Positions 18,173-28,132 of a stretch of 47,657 bases of DNA are shown in pieces. Position 1 is the first letter of the stretch. Each line of letters begins with the position of its first letter. The DNA comes from a virus (Duplodnaviria; Caudoviricetes). The stretch covers positions 1 through 47,657 of IMG/VR virus record IMGVR_UViG_3300049828_000290. The stretch is one strand, 5' to 3'. The notes under the pieces were generated by a model. That model saw only the letters and a list, made by a program, of their open reading frames with translations, did not search any database and was not told the DNA's origin. A program made the position numbers and the translations under genes.

Positions 18173-18646
18173 ATGAATCCCCTCACTCGATTTTTTCATG
18201 AATTATTTAATCCACACTGTGAGCAATGTGCAGTAGATAGAGAAGTTAAAGAAATTAATCCTGTAGTTGAAAATCTTAAAGCCGAGCTTGCTCGTTTATA
18301 TAAACAGCTTGAGAATCTACAGGACTCTAATCCAATCGTAGAAGTTCTTAGAATTGAACTCGAAAGAGCTTATAGAAATAATGATAAGCTTTTAGAGCAG
18401 TTATTCGATAAGATTAAATACGAGCGTGAATTGTTAGAGCAGACACAGATTAGTCCTCCTAAGCCGAATTTTCAAAATGTTCCAATGATTGCTGGTGCAA
18501 AGAATTGGGCTATTAGGCGTAGAGAATTAGAACAGCAAAAGAGACTTGAAGCACAAGAAAATCAACGTCTTAAAGCTGAAGGTATTACTCCTGTAACTGA
18601 AGAAAGTTTAGATAAAGAATTAGAAGAAGTGAGGGAAAATGCCTAG
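18173..18646 (+). CDS. Coiled-coil hypothetical protein
   Basis: HCEQC plus two NPxVExLxxEL repeats. Confidence 0.75.
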   Translation: MNPLTRFFHELFNPHCEQCAVDREVKEINPVVENLKAELARLYKQLENLQDSNPIVEVLRIELERAYRNNDKLLEQLFDKIKYERELLEQTQISPPKPNFQNVPMIAGAKNWAIRRRELEQQKRLEAQENQRLKAEGITPVTEESLDKELEEVRENA

Positions 18647-19097
18647 AGATACTCCAGTAATGCGCGCTCCTACTAGAAAGGAAAGAGTAGGAGATACAAT
18701 TCGAGGCGCGTATGAATCATTAGCTGAACAGCCATTAGTTCGTATTGCCGATATGTTAGGACTATCTAATATTGGTGGTATGGCTGGTGAAGACCCTAAT
18801 GCTATGAAAATTGGAATGATGCCTACTGGTCCTAGTAGAGCATTATCAGGAATGGGTCGTGTTGCTGGACCAGCTGAATCGGCTACTGCTATTAGACAGT
18901 CGCATCCAGCATTACCACCAGAATTTAATATGAGAGCACCAAATCCAAGTAGGACTGCTCCAATTGATATGAATAGTCCTCCCCCTGGACGAATGGAATA
19001 TCTTGACCCAGAAGTTGCAGAATATATGAATCCTGCTAGTCTTGATGCTACGACTAGAGAGGGCCAGAGACGACTTCGATTCTTAACTGGTAAATAA
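18639..19097 (+). CDS. Hypothetical Pro/Met-rich protein
   Basis: 152-aa ORF between terL and portal. Confidence 0.7.
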   Translation: MPRDTPVMRAPTRKERVGDTIRGAYESLAEQPLVRIADMLGLSNIGGMAGEDPNAMKIGMMPTGPSRALSGMGRVAGPAESATAIRQSHPALPPEFNMRAPNPSRTAPIDMNSPPPGRMEYLDPEVAEYMNPASLDATTREGQRRLRFLTGK

Positions 19098-19099
19098 TA

Positions 19100-21442
19100 A
19101 TGGCAAAGACTGCTGAAGATACGCGCGTTGAAGAACTTCTCAAGGATACTGTAGAGTATTTTTGGAAAGAAGATTCTGCTACGCGCGAACGCCAGTTACG
19201 CCAGTATAAGCGTTTAAAATTATTATGGGAAGGCTTTACACAGATTTGGTATGATGAAGTCGCTCATGATTGGCGTATCTGGGATGGAGATACATCAGAT
19301 GATTCTGGCGACCAGACTTCGTATGATAAACCGATTAATATTTTTAGGGCTTATCTTGAGTCTATCATTGCTGCTCTCTCTGTTTTAGTTCCACCCATTA
19401 AGTGTTATCCAGATGATGCGGATAATCCATTAGATTTACAGACTGCGAAAGCTTCTGATAAGATTGCAGAGTTAATTTTTCGTCATAATGATGGGCAATT
19501 ACTTTGGCTTCAGGCGCTGTTTATCTATTGCACTGAAGGAATGGTAGCTGCTTATACTTATACGAAGGATTCTGATGAGTATGGAACTTATAATACTCCT
19601 AAATATGAAGAAGTAGAAGAAATAGAAGAAATTGAAGAGCCGGCTGAAATTTGCACTAATTGTGGATTTAATGTTGCTGATACTCAGTTAACAGATTCAC
19701 TTAAAGATGAGTATGACCCCGATAATGTAGAACTTGGTGATGCTCTTCAAAATAAGCCGGATAGTAATATTTGTCCAGAGTGTTTATCAGTTCTTGCTCC
19801 TAAAATTACTCAGCGACCTTTTACTGTAAGTAGACTTGTAGGAGTTACTACTCATCCAAAATCTAGACAGTGTATCGAAGTATATGGTGGGCTTTATGTT
19901 AAAGTTCCAAATTATGCTCGCACACAAAAAGATATTCCTTATTTAATTCAGGCATACGAATCCCACTACGCAACTGTAAGACATCATTACGCTGATAATC
20001 CTGAATTACGCGAGAAGATTGGACAGAATAAAAGTCCTTCTTTTGAAACTGCTGAAAGACAGGGCAGACAAAATCTTCAGTATCAGGGTGAAGAACCTAG
20101 TAATATGATTACGGTTCGTAATGGATGGTTACGACCGGAAGCTTTTCAGATTCATTGTGCTGAAGATACTAAATTACTAACGAAAAAGTATCCAAATGGT
20201 GCAAAAGTAGTTTTATTAAATGAAACTTTTGCAGAAGCGGAGGATGAAAATTTAGACGACCATTGGACTCTCACAAGAAATCCAATGAGTGATTATTTAA
20301 CATTTAATCCAATTGGATTATTCCTTGTTTCTGTTCAAGAAATTACTAATGATTTAATTGCACTTCAATTACAGTCATTAGAACATGGTATTCCTCAGAC
20401 TTTTGCTGACCCTAATGTTTTAGATTTTGATGGTTATCGTCAGCAAGAGGTTTTACCTGGTGGAATTTATCCTGCCAGACCAAAAGTTGGTAGCGATAGT
20501 CTTGAAAATGCGTTCTACGAAGTTAGAACTGCTACCTTTCCTGGAGAATCGTTAGCATTTGGAGATAATATTCAATCACTTGGACAAATGGCATCAGGTG
20601 CGATGCCTTCATTGTTTGGTGGTGATATTCAGGGAAGTAAAACTGCTAGTCAGTATTCGATGAGTCGTGCTCAAAGTTTACAGAGACTCCAGAATACTTG
20701 GAAAATGTTCACAACTTTCCATAAAACTATTTATGGTAAAGTAATCCCTGCTTATATTAAGAATCTTGTTGAAGATGAACGTTTTGTTAAGCTTGATAAT
20801 GGTAACTTCGTAAATGTTACTATTCGTAAAGCTGAATTAGAGGGTAAACTTGGGAGTGTAGAATTAGAAGCTAATGAGAATCTTCCTCTTGCGTGGAATG
20901 CGCGAAAGGATATCATTATGCAACTAATGGAAGCTAACAATCCGCAGATTCTTGCGATGTTAGCGACCCCAGAAAACTTACCACTTATCTATGAAGCTAT
21001 TGGAATTACTGATTTCCAGATTCCTGGTGAAGATGCTCGTAATAAGCAGTATGATGAAATCAAAGTTCTGCTGGCTACTGAACCATTAGTAATAGCAAAT
21101 GACCCAGAAGAAATTGCTATTGGGGAAATGATGGGTGAGCCTCAGCCTGAAGAATTAGAGTTTCCATCTGTTAGTGTAGAAGAATTTGATGAACATCAGA
21201 TTGAATTAGCCATTTGTATTAAGTGGATTAATTCTCCTGCTGGTCAACTTGCTAAGTCTGAAAATCAAGCCGGTTATATGAATGTCTTATTGCATACTCG
21301 TGAGCATAAAAAAGCTGTCGATGAAATGATGGCTGCTCAAATGGCTACTAATGGAGAAGGTGCTGCTCCATTAAAAAGCCCCAATGAACAAGATAAAGAA
21401 GCACCTATAACCGGAGAAGGCGATGTTAAGATTAATTCCTAG
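19100..21442 (+). CDS. Portal protein
   Basis: 780 aa after terL; INIFRAYLESIIA, SGAMPSLFG...SKTAS segment typical of podovirus-type portals. Confidence 0.85.
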   Translation: MAKTAEDTRVEELLKDTVEYFWKEDSATRERQLRQYKRLKLLWEGFTQIWYDEVAHDWRIWDGDTSDDSGDQTSYDKPINIFRAYLESIIAALSVLVPPIKCYPDDADNPLDLQTAKASDKIAELIFRHNDGQLLWLQALFIYCTEGMVAAYTYTKDSDEYGTYNTPKYEEVEEIEEIEEPAEICTNCGFNVADTQLTDSLKDEYDPDNVELGDALQNKPDSNICPECLSVLAPKITQRPFTVSRLVGVTTHPKSRQCIEVYGGLYVKVPNYARTQKDIPYLIQAYESHYATVRHHYADNPELREKIGQNKSPSFETAERQGRQNLQYQGEEPSNMITVRNGWLRPEAFQIHCAEDTKLLTKKYPNGAKVVLLNETFAEAEDENLDDHWTLTRNPMSDYLTFNPIGLFLVSVQEITNDLIALQLQSLEHGIPQTFADPNVLDFDGYRQQEVLPGGIYPARPKVGSDSLENAFYEVRTATFPGESLAFGDNIQSLGQMASGAMPSLFGGDIQGSKTASQYSMSRAQSLQRLQNTWKMFTTFHKTIYGKVIPAYIKNLVEDERFVKLDNGNFVNVTIRKAELEGKLGSVELEANENLPLAWNARKDIIMQLMEANNPQILAMLATPENLPLIYEAIGITDFQIPGEDARNKQYDEIKVLLATEPLVIANDPEEIAIGEMMGEPQPEELEFPSVSVEEFDEHQIELAICIKWINSPAGQLAKSENQAGYMNVLLHTREHKKAVDEMMAAQMATNGEGAAPLKSPNEQDKEAPITGEGDVKINS

Positions 21443-22763
21443 TGAGCCGTTTTTTAATGTTCCAGATGGTAATGGTAATAATAATACTGGTTCAGGAACA
21501 GAACCCTTAACGGCAAATTCTTTGGAACGAATGCTCGAAGAGGAAGATGACGATAATCCTGATGCTGAGGATTTAAATCTTGAAGATAAGCCTAAAAAGT
21601 CTATTAAAGAAGATTCCCGTAAAGAAGATAGTGGTGATGATTCTGAAGAAAACGACGAAGAAACTGGAGAAGAAGACGGAGACGAAAAGGATGATTTAGA
21701 TGATTTAGAGGATGATTTAGCCGAGCCCCCTGCTGAGAAGCTTGAGTTAATGACTCCTTCTAAGAGGAAGGATATTCTTAAGGATTATCCAGACCTCTTT
21801 AAGAAGCATCCTTATTTAGAAACGGCTTATTTCCGAGAACAAAAATTTACTGAAATCTTTCCTGCTATTAAGGATGCAGAAGCTGCTGCTAAAGATGTTA
21901 AGATTCTTGAAGATTTAGAAACTGACCTTCAGCAAGGTAATCTTGAACGATTATTTACTGGTCTTCATAAGGGCAATAGGGAATCTTATCTTCATGCAGT
22001 TGATAATTTACTTCCAACTTTAGCAAAAATTGACCGTGAATCTTATGACCATTTGCTTGGTAATGTAACTAAGCATACTATTCAGAATCTTTACGAAGCG
22101 GGGCAGGAAGAAGGGCAAGAAGTTCTTAAAAATGTTGCCATTTTGCTTAATCAATGGGCATTTGGTAGCAGTAAATTTGAACCTCCTTCTCGACTTACGA
22201 AGCCAGTTGAGAAAAATCCTGAGGCTGAGCGATTAGCTGAAGAACGAAAAAATTTTGAAAGGCAACGATTTAGTTCGGCACGCGATAGTCTTATAACACG
22301 CGTCGATAACACTCTTAAGAATACTATTCAGAATAATATTGACCCAAAAGAGTCAATGTCTGATTATGTTCGAGAAAAAGCAGTTGAAGACGCGCAGCGC
22401 GCATTAGAACAGCAATTAAGTTCTGATACGCGTTTTCAAAAGATTCTGCTACAGTATTGGCAGCGGGCTAAGACAGCCGGATATTCTGATGCTGCTATGC
22501 AGGAAGTTAGAAAAGCTTATCTCTCTAGGGCCAAAACGCTATTGCCGGGCGTCATTCAAGCGGCTCGAAGTAAGGCTCTAAAGGGATTAGCTAAGTCTAG
22601 TTCAAGTGATTCTGATAAAAATGAACGTCCGGTTCGTAAAGGACCAATTGCTTCAGGCAAATCCGCAGCCTCATCTAATCGCGGAAATAATGGTAATGGT
22701 TCTGGAAAATCTGATAAATTACCTCCCGGAACCAATCTCCGTAAATTTCTTGAAGACGATTAA
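21423..22763 (+). CDS. Capsid scaffolding protein
   Basis: Very acidic N-terminus, helical; lies between portal and capsid. Confidence 0.75.
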   Translation: MLRLIPSEPFFNVPDGNGNNNTGSGTEPLTANSLERMLEEEDDDNPDAEDLNLEDKPKKSIKEDSRKEDSGDDSEENDEETGEEDGDEKDDLDDLEDDLAEPPAEKLELMTPSKRKDILKDYPDLFKKHPYLETAYFREQKFTEIFPAIKDAEAAAKDVKILEDLETDLQQGNLERLFTGLHKGNRESYLHAVDNLLPTLAKIDRESYDHLLGNVTKHTIQNLYEAGQEEGQEVLKNVAILLNQWAFGSSKFEPPSRLTKPVEKNPEAERLAEERKNFERQRFSSARDSLITRVDNTLKNTIQNNIDPKESMSDYVREKAVEDAQRALEQQLSSDTRFQKILLQYWQRAKTAGYSDAAMQEVRKAYLSRAKTLLPGVIQAARSKALKGLAKSSSSDSDKNERPVRKGPIASGKSAASSNRGNNGNGSGKSDKLPPGTNLRKFLEDD

Positions 22764-22774
22764 TTGAGGCCACA

Positions 22775-24022
22775 ATGGCATTAGTTGAAAATCAGGTTGC
22801 TGCTACTGAGTTAGAGCGAGTTCTTCCGAAGGTTCGTCGCGCATTTGAATACGATGATAAGTTTTGGGCTACGGTCGAAAAGAAGAACGTAGAGAAAATT
22901 TCTAATCGTCAGATGCGCATTCCTATTGAACTGCGTCCGGGTGGAAAGTTCAAGTATTTCAATCCGAATGGTGGGGATTTAGGTCGTGGTGGCGGCCCGA
23001 CTTATGATAAGGCGGTAGTCCAGTCTGTTTTCATGGCTGAGGCTATCGAATATACTAAGTTGGCCGATTGGTCTACTGATAGCGACCGCAAGGCTGTTAT
23101 CAATGCTGTGCGTAAACTTACGACGAATGCTACTCTTGAAATTCGTCGTCAGTTAGATTCGCAGTCAATGCAGGCAGGAACTGGTGTTATTGGCACAGTT
23201 CTTACTGATACTCCCGCAGGTGGTTTTAACGTTATCGTTCTGACTAACGAATTCGGTGCGCGTCTTATGCGCTTCGACCAGGAAGTTCAGATTTACGATA
23301 CTACGTTAGCTACTCCCCGTGGAAGTGCTACCATTACCAAGTGGGATGTTGCTAATAACACTATCGAACTGTTTCCGCAGATTGCTGGTGTTGTTGCAAC
23401 GGATGTGATTGTTACGGCTGGTATTTCTGCTCCTGCCAGCTTGCCTGCTCTTTTTGGCGTTCCGTATCATCACTCGAACGCTTCTACTGGTAACTGGCTT
23501 GGCATGAATCGCGCGACTACACCTGAAATTCGTAGCAATCGCGTTAATGCTAATAACAATCCATTCACCTTACCCTTGCCGCGACTTGCTGTTAATTATG
23601 TTGGCAATCGTATTGGGTTAGATGAAAATTTTAAGCCTGTTGCTTGGATGCACCCTTGTCAGAAGCAGGCTTATGAGGAAATTGGTCAGCTGGTTTCGAT
23701 TATCCAGAAATCGGGTTCTTCACCCGATAAGATGGATATGTATTTCGATAAGTTCCAGATGGCCGGAATGTCAGTGCGCGAATCGTTCTCTTGGAGCAAG
23801 ACGCGTATTGATGTTGTTAATTTAGATGTGTGGGGTCGTGGTGAAACGTTACCACTTGGCTTCTATACTTCTGACGGTCGGAAGATTTTTGAAATTCGTG
23901 GCGCTTCCGGTGGCGTTGCGACTTCGGAAATTTTCTACATGGTGTGCGGCACGCAGCTTTTCGTTACGAATCCCGCTGCTACTGCTTATATCGATAACCT
24001 GTCCGTTCCGGCTGGTTACTAA
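22775..24022 (+). CDS. Major capsid protein
   Basis: 415 aa, position, GAGG RBS, high-expression codon bias, HK97-like organisation. Confidence 0.85.
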   Translation: MALVENQVAATELERVLPKVRRAFEYDDKFWATVEKKNVEKISNRQMRIPIELRPGGKFKYFNPNGGDLGRGGGPTYDKAVVQSVFMAEAIEYTKLADWSTDSDRKAVINAVRKLTTNATLEIRRQLDSQSMQAGTGVIGTVLTDTPAGGFNVIVLTNEFGARLMRFDQEVQIYDTTLATPRGSATITKWDVANNTIELFPQIAGVVATDVIVTAGISAPASLPALFGVPYHHSNASTGNWLGMNRATTPEIRSNRVNANNNPFTLPLPRLAVNYVGNRIGLDENFKPVAWMHPCQKQAYEEIGQLVSIIQKSGSSPDKMDMYFDKFQMAGMSVRESFSWSKTRIDVVNLDVWGRGETLPLGFYTSDGRKIFEIRGASGGVATSEIFYMVCGTQLFVTNPAATAYIDNLSVPAGY

Positions 24023-24039
24023 TAGGGGGATTTAGTTAA

Positions 24040-24255
24040 ATGGCTGCTACTGTTACAGTTACTGGCGTTGTGGGTGCTGGTGTTGCCCTTACTGCTGGCG
24101 TTTTTCCCGATATTACTGCTGTTGATTTTGACACAGTAAATAACGTTTTGTCCCTAACCGGACCGAATGGTGTCGTGGTTAATGTTAGTATTACGGCAGC
24201 TACTACGATTACTGCTACTAAATCTGGTAGCACGTATACGTTTACTGTTAGCTAA
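24040..24255 (+). CDS. Small Thr/Val-rich virion (decoration) protein
   Basis: 71 aa directly after the capsid gene. Confidence 0.65.
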   Translation: MAATVTVTGVVGAGVALTAGVFPDITAVDFDTVNNVLSLTGPNGVVVNVSITAATTITATKSGSTYTFTVS

Positions 24256-24264
24256 GGAAACTAA

Positions 24265-24558
24265 ATGGTCCCAGGTTCCAGCACTAAGCTGTCTGAATCA
24301 ACTCTTGCAAGCGCAGCTAGTATTTCGCCCAAGACTGATTTAGTGAACCTCACGGGAAGCACACAGGTAAATACTATTGTTCCGGCGCTACTTGGAGGCC
24401 GGAACGCTAGTATTCTCTTTGTGGTTCCTAAGGATGGCGCATTAGTTTTCGGCACGAGTGGTAACATTCTTGTCGGTGCTACTGTTGCCCAGAATCGAGT
24501 ATGCACACTTGTCTATTCAGAAGCGAATGATAAGTGGTCGATTGGTCCAATTAGCTAA
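24265..24558 (+). CDS. Capsid decoration-like protein (paralog of 24573-24878)
   Basis: TLASAASISP...GNI...LVY..NDKW. Confidence 0.65.
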   Translation: MVPGSSTKLSESTLASAASISPKTDLVNLTGSTQVNTIVPALLGGRNASILFVVPKDGALVFGTSGNILVGATVAQNRVCTLVYSEANDKWSIGPIS

Positions 24559-24572
24559 TTGCTGAGGAAAAA

Positions 24573-24878
24573 ATGGCAGATTTAGATTTTCAGAATTTAA
24601 GCACTGTTCAGAGCAATCAGCAGCCGAAACCTGCTACCATTGCTTCCGCTGCTACAATCGCACCTACTACGTATCTTAGCGTAATTACTGGAACGGTTGC
24701 AATTGCTACGATTACACCCCCGGTTAGTGGTGCTTGTCAGTTAGCATTTGTATTTACTACGACTACTCCGGTTGCATTCACTACGACGGGTAACATTGCT
24801 AACGTCACCACTCCGACGACCAATGTTCTCCAGGTTGGTGTTTACAATCCGTCTACTAATAAGTGGCACTTTAAGTAA
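24573..24878 (+). CDS. Capsid decoration-like protein (paralog of 24265-24558)
   Basis: TIASAATIAP...GNI...GVY..TNKW. Confidence 0.65.
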   Translation: MADLDFQNLSTVQSNQQPKPATIASAATIAPTTYLSVITGTVAIATITPPVSGACQLAFVFTTTTPVAFTTTGNIANVTTPTTNVLQVGVYNPSTNKWHFK

Positions 24879-24905
24879 TAACTAGAAGCTGACTGACGAA
24901 GCGGC

Positions 24906-24943
24906 GGGTGGGAGTAGTAGTTGAGGGGCTGCTACTCCCACCC
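24906..24943 (+). terminator. Strong hairpin after the capsid/decoration cluster
   Basis: GGGTGGGAGTAGTAG/CTGCTACTCCCACCC 15-bp stem (one G-U); no U-tract. Confidence 0.6.
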
Positions 24944-24979
24944 AATCGGACCCTTATAAATCCCTCCATAGGAACTCTA

Positions 24980-26218
24980 ATGAAGATAATGGTTGGATAT
25001 CCATCGTCGGGTTTTTCAAGAAATACACTATTTTATGAATATATTAATACATTAGAAATTCCGTGTGATAATCTTCGAATGAGTCCTAACGGATTATCTC
25101 CGGCAGTAGCAAGAAATATGATTTTTAGTCAGGCAATTTTACATAATTGCACCCATGTCTTTTTAGTTGATGATGACATGGCGCTAAAGCCTGATACGTT
25201 AAAAAAGTTATTGGCTCATGATAAGGATATTGTTAGTGGGTTATATTTATCTCACGCATTTCCTCATCAGCCATTAGCTTTTGATACTTTTGATGAAAAA
25301 GGTGCCGGTCGTTATTTATCTCTTAATCAGGGAATTAAGGGATTAATTAAAATTAAAGCTGCTGGATTTGGTTGCTGTCTAATTAAAACGGATGTCATTA
25401 AGAAAATGGAACGTCCGTGGGTTAGATTGGGTGAACTTAATCCTGAACAATGGTGTGATGATATTGGATTTTTCTGGCGACTTAACCAAAACCATCCAGA
25501 AGTTGAAGTTTTTCTTGATACGAATACTAGGGTTGGACATATTAAACAGTTAATTTTATGGCCGCATCAGTTTGATGGGTCTTGGATGACTGGTTATAAT
25601 GCTTCGGGTCAAGTAACAATTTATGTTCCACAAACAGATACTAGTAAATTAGAAATCGATGGAATTCTTGCAGCATCCCAAATTGAAGGTTGGATGACAG
25701 ACCAAGAATTACGTTGGTTAGCAAAAACTGCAAAAGATAAGAAGTTAATTGTCGAATTTGGTTCGCATTGTGGAAAATCGACGCGCGCATTAGCAGATAA
25801 TTCACCAGCAGATGCACTAGTAATTGCTGTTGACCCCTGGTCTGGTGAATACTTTAATCAAAATGATGACCCTATGAAAGTTCTTGGTGGAAGTCGATTT
25901 GATGATTTCCAGCAAAATCTTTTTAATCATATTAATGTAGGTAAAGTTCTTCCAGTTCGTAAGTTTTCACATGATTTCAAATTAGAGCATAGAAAAGCAG
26001 ATTTTGTATTTATTGATGGCGACCATCGATATGAATCTGTATTAAATGATATTAATAATGCTCTTTCAATGGCAGATTTTGGTGCAGTTATTTCTGGTCA
26101 TGACTATAATCATGAAGAATGGCCTGGAGTTGCACAAGCTGTCAATGAAATATTTGGAAAAGAAAATATTAATTTAGATGGAACTATTTGGTGGGTGAAA
26201 CTCAATGGAAACCACTGA
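24980..26218 (+). CDS. GT-A (GT2-like) glycosyltransferase fused to a class I SAM-dependent methyltransferase (Methyltransf_24-like)
   Basis: ARN...FLVDDDM (DxD), GFGCCLI, DDIGF, VGHIK; then VEFGSHCGKST, AVDPW, FVFIDGDH.YE, GHDY..WPGV. Confidence 0.9.
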   Translation: MKIMVGYPSSGFSRNTLFYEYINTLEIPCDNLRMSPNGLSPAVARNMIFSQAILHNCTHVFLVDDDMALKPDTLKKLLAHDKDIVSGLYLSHAFPHQPLAFDTFDEKGAGRYLSLNQGIKGLIKIKAAGFGCCLIKTDVIKKMERPWVRLGELNPEQWCDDIGFFWRLNQNHPEVEVFLDTNTRVGHIKQLILWPHQFDGSWMTGYNASGQVTIYVPQTDTSKLEIDGILAASQIEGWMTDQELRWLAKTAKDKKLIVEFGSHCGKSTRALADNSPADALVIAVDPWSGEYFNQNDDPMKVLGGSRFDDFQQNLFNHINVGKVLPVRKFSHDFKLEHRKADFVFIDGDHRYESVLNDINNALSMADFGAVISGHDYNHEEWPGVAQAVNEIFGKENINLDGTIWWVKLNGNH

Positions 26219-26750
26219 ATCTATTGAAGGTCTAAATAAACAATTAGCTGATTTATTTGGAATTGATACAATTAGTTCTAGACCAATTTGGCGAATTGTT
26301 TGGGCTGAAGAACAAAGAGAAAAACGTCTAACTAAATTTTCACCGAGTGGTATTGAATTTATTTATCCTGAGCCAATGGAACTTCCTAAATATCCACATA
26401 TTAAAGGAAGATATATTCTTGAGAAATTAGTAATTGTTCCAGAAATGAATCGCGCAGAACTCTGTGATGCACTTACTAGTTATGAATGTATGTGGGTTTT
26501 TGAAAATGAAAAAGTTGGTTATTTACCACCTCGGTTAGATGTAGCTCAACTTGTAATTCATACTCTTAATTTTGCTCAACATGGTAATAGGTCTGGTCTA
26601 AGAAAATATGTAGAAAATATAGATGAGGAAAAGCGTAAAGATTTCCAACGAATTTGGAATGACTTATTCGGTAATGAAACGGACGTTACCGATGCCTTAC
26701 GCTATAAAGAAGCAGTCACAGTTCCGTTCAAACAGTTTGGGGATAATTAA
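26205..26750 (+). CDS. Hypothetical protein
   Basis: 181-aa ORF. Confidence 0.8.
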   Translation: METTESIEGLNKQLADLFGIDTISSRPIWRIVWAEEQREKRLTKFSPSGIEFIYPEPMELPKYPHIKGRYILEKLVIVPEMNRAELCDALTSYECMWVFENEKVGYLPPRLDVAQLVIHTLNFAQHGNRSGLRKYVENIDEEKRKDFQRIWNDLFGNETDVTDALRYKEAVTVPFKQFGDN

Positions 26751-27439
26751 TGGCTACCGCCTTTGAAGCATTACATCGTCGCACGATTCGGGCTGAAGTT
26801 AATCCTTTTGATAAGACTACAATTGTTTCAATTGCACCATTTGATATTACTGAAACAATTTTAACAGTTCAGCCAGGTTCATTTTTTATCCCTAAGGGAA
26901 CGTTGGAAGAACCCTCGTTAACAGTAATTGGTCCTTCTAGTTGGTGGAAAGAAACTGACCCAGAACAGCCCCTCTTAGAAATTGTTGTTTCATCAGTATT
27001 AATCGGACGCGCGTTAGTTGAAGATTATATTAATTCAATGAATGGCGTTACTCTTGGCACAAGTCAGCCGGGGATATTTCACGTTCCAGGTGAATATACT
27101 GACGTTAAAGAAGTTAAGAAGAAGTATGGGCATATATTAACCCGTATGAATCTTCATCAGTTAGCTTGGTATCAATTTTTAATTAAACAAGCTGATAGTC
27201 TTTGGGCCCGTAGTAATCAGAATCCATTAGCGATTGATGACCAATCGCGCATGGCAGCAAAGACTTTACAAATTGATAAACCTTGGATTCGTGATTTCCA
27301 GACAATTCAAAATATTGCTTGTGTGGCTTGTGGTAATCCACGTAATCCTCAGTTTCCAATTTGCACTCATTGTAAAATGATTGTAGATAAGGAACTTGCA
27401 ATTAAGTTGGGACTGGCTGAAGCACCTAAAGTAGGATAA
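26750..27439 (+). CDS. Hypothetical protein with C-terminal Zn ribbon
   Basis: CVACG...ICTHC. Confidence 0.8.
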   Translation: MATAFEALHRRTIRAEVNPFDKTTIVSIAPFDITETILTVQPGSFFIPKGTLEEPSLTVIGPSSWWKETDPEQPLLEIVVSSVLIGRALVEDYINSMNGVTLGTSQPGIFHVPGEYTDVKEVKKKYGHILTRMNLHQLAWYQFLIKQADSLWARSNQNPLAIDDQSRMAAKTLQIDKPWIRDFQTIQNIACVACGNPRNPQFPICTHCKMIVDKELAIKLGLAEAPKVG

Positions 27440-27442
27440 AAA

Positions 27443-28132
27443 ATGGCAACTCCGAATTTCACGGCTGGCGCTGTAATGACAAAGGTTCGTTCATTACTAA
27501 ATGATACTGCCGGTCAGGTTTACAACAACACCGTGCAAGTTCCCTACATAAATATGGCAATGCTGGAGTTACGGGAGTATTTAGAACTTTCTAATTCTCC
27601 CGTAACTAATTTTTCTGATACTGTTCTTACAATTCCAGCTGGAACTACACTTATTAATTATATTACTACTCCGGCTCTACCCCAAGATTTAGTTGATATT
27701 CGTCAAGTATGGTTTCGTTCTACTGGACAAGGACCATATGTTCCACTAACTAAACGAGATTTTTTACCACATTGGCTAGATGGGCAGGATTTATATTCAT
27801 TTTTATTTTGGGCATGGTATGATAATGCTATTCATCTTCCTTCTAGTAGCCAAATTAATGATTTAAAATTAGATTATATTAAAGAAATTGCTGAAGTTGT
27901 AGATGCTAATAGTCAAATAAGTCTTATTAATGGTCAGTCATTTCTAAATTATCGAACAGCAGCCCTTCTCTGTCGATATGTTAAAAATGATACTGAAAAA
28001 GCTGAAGACATGGACGTTAATGCTCAGACAAGTTTAGATAGAACTATTGGAATTGAAAGTAAGGGACGTCAGGCTATTACTACTCGTCGTCGTCCATTTC
28101 GTCAAGCGTATAAAAATCGGGGACGATACTAA
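27443..28132 (+). CDS. Head-tail adaptor / tail tubular protein A-like
   Basis: KVRSLLND...YINMAMLEL adaptor-type N-terminal helices; position. Confidence 0.7.
   Translation: MATPNFTAGAVMTKVRSLLNDTAGQVYNNTVQVPYINMAMLELREYLELSNSPVTNFSDTVLTIPAGTTLINYITTPALPQDLVDIRQVWFRSTGQGPYVPLTKRDFLPHWLDGQDLYSFLFWAWYDNAIHLPSSSQINDLKLDYIKEIAEVVDANSQISLINGQSFLNYRTAALLCRYVKNDTEKAEDMDVNAQTSLDRTIGIESKGRQAITTRRRPFRQAYKNRGRY

Noticed and set aside
24908-24979. N-terminal extension of the glycosyltransferase
   Set aside because: Runs through a strong hairpin; the ATG at 24980 has an AGGA RBS and starts the GT fold
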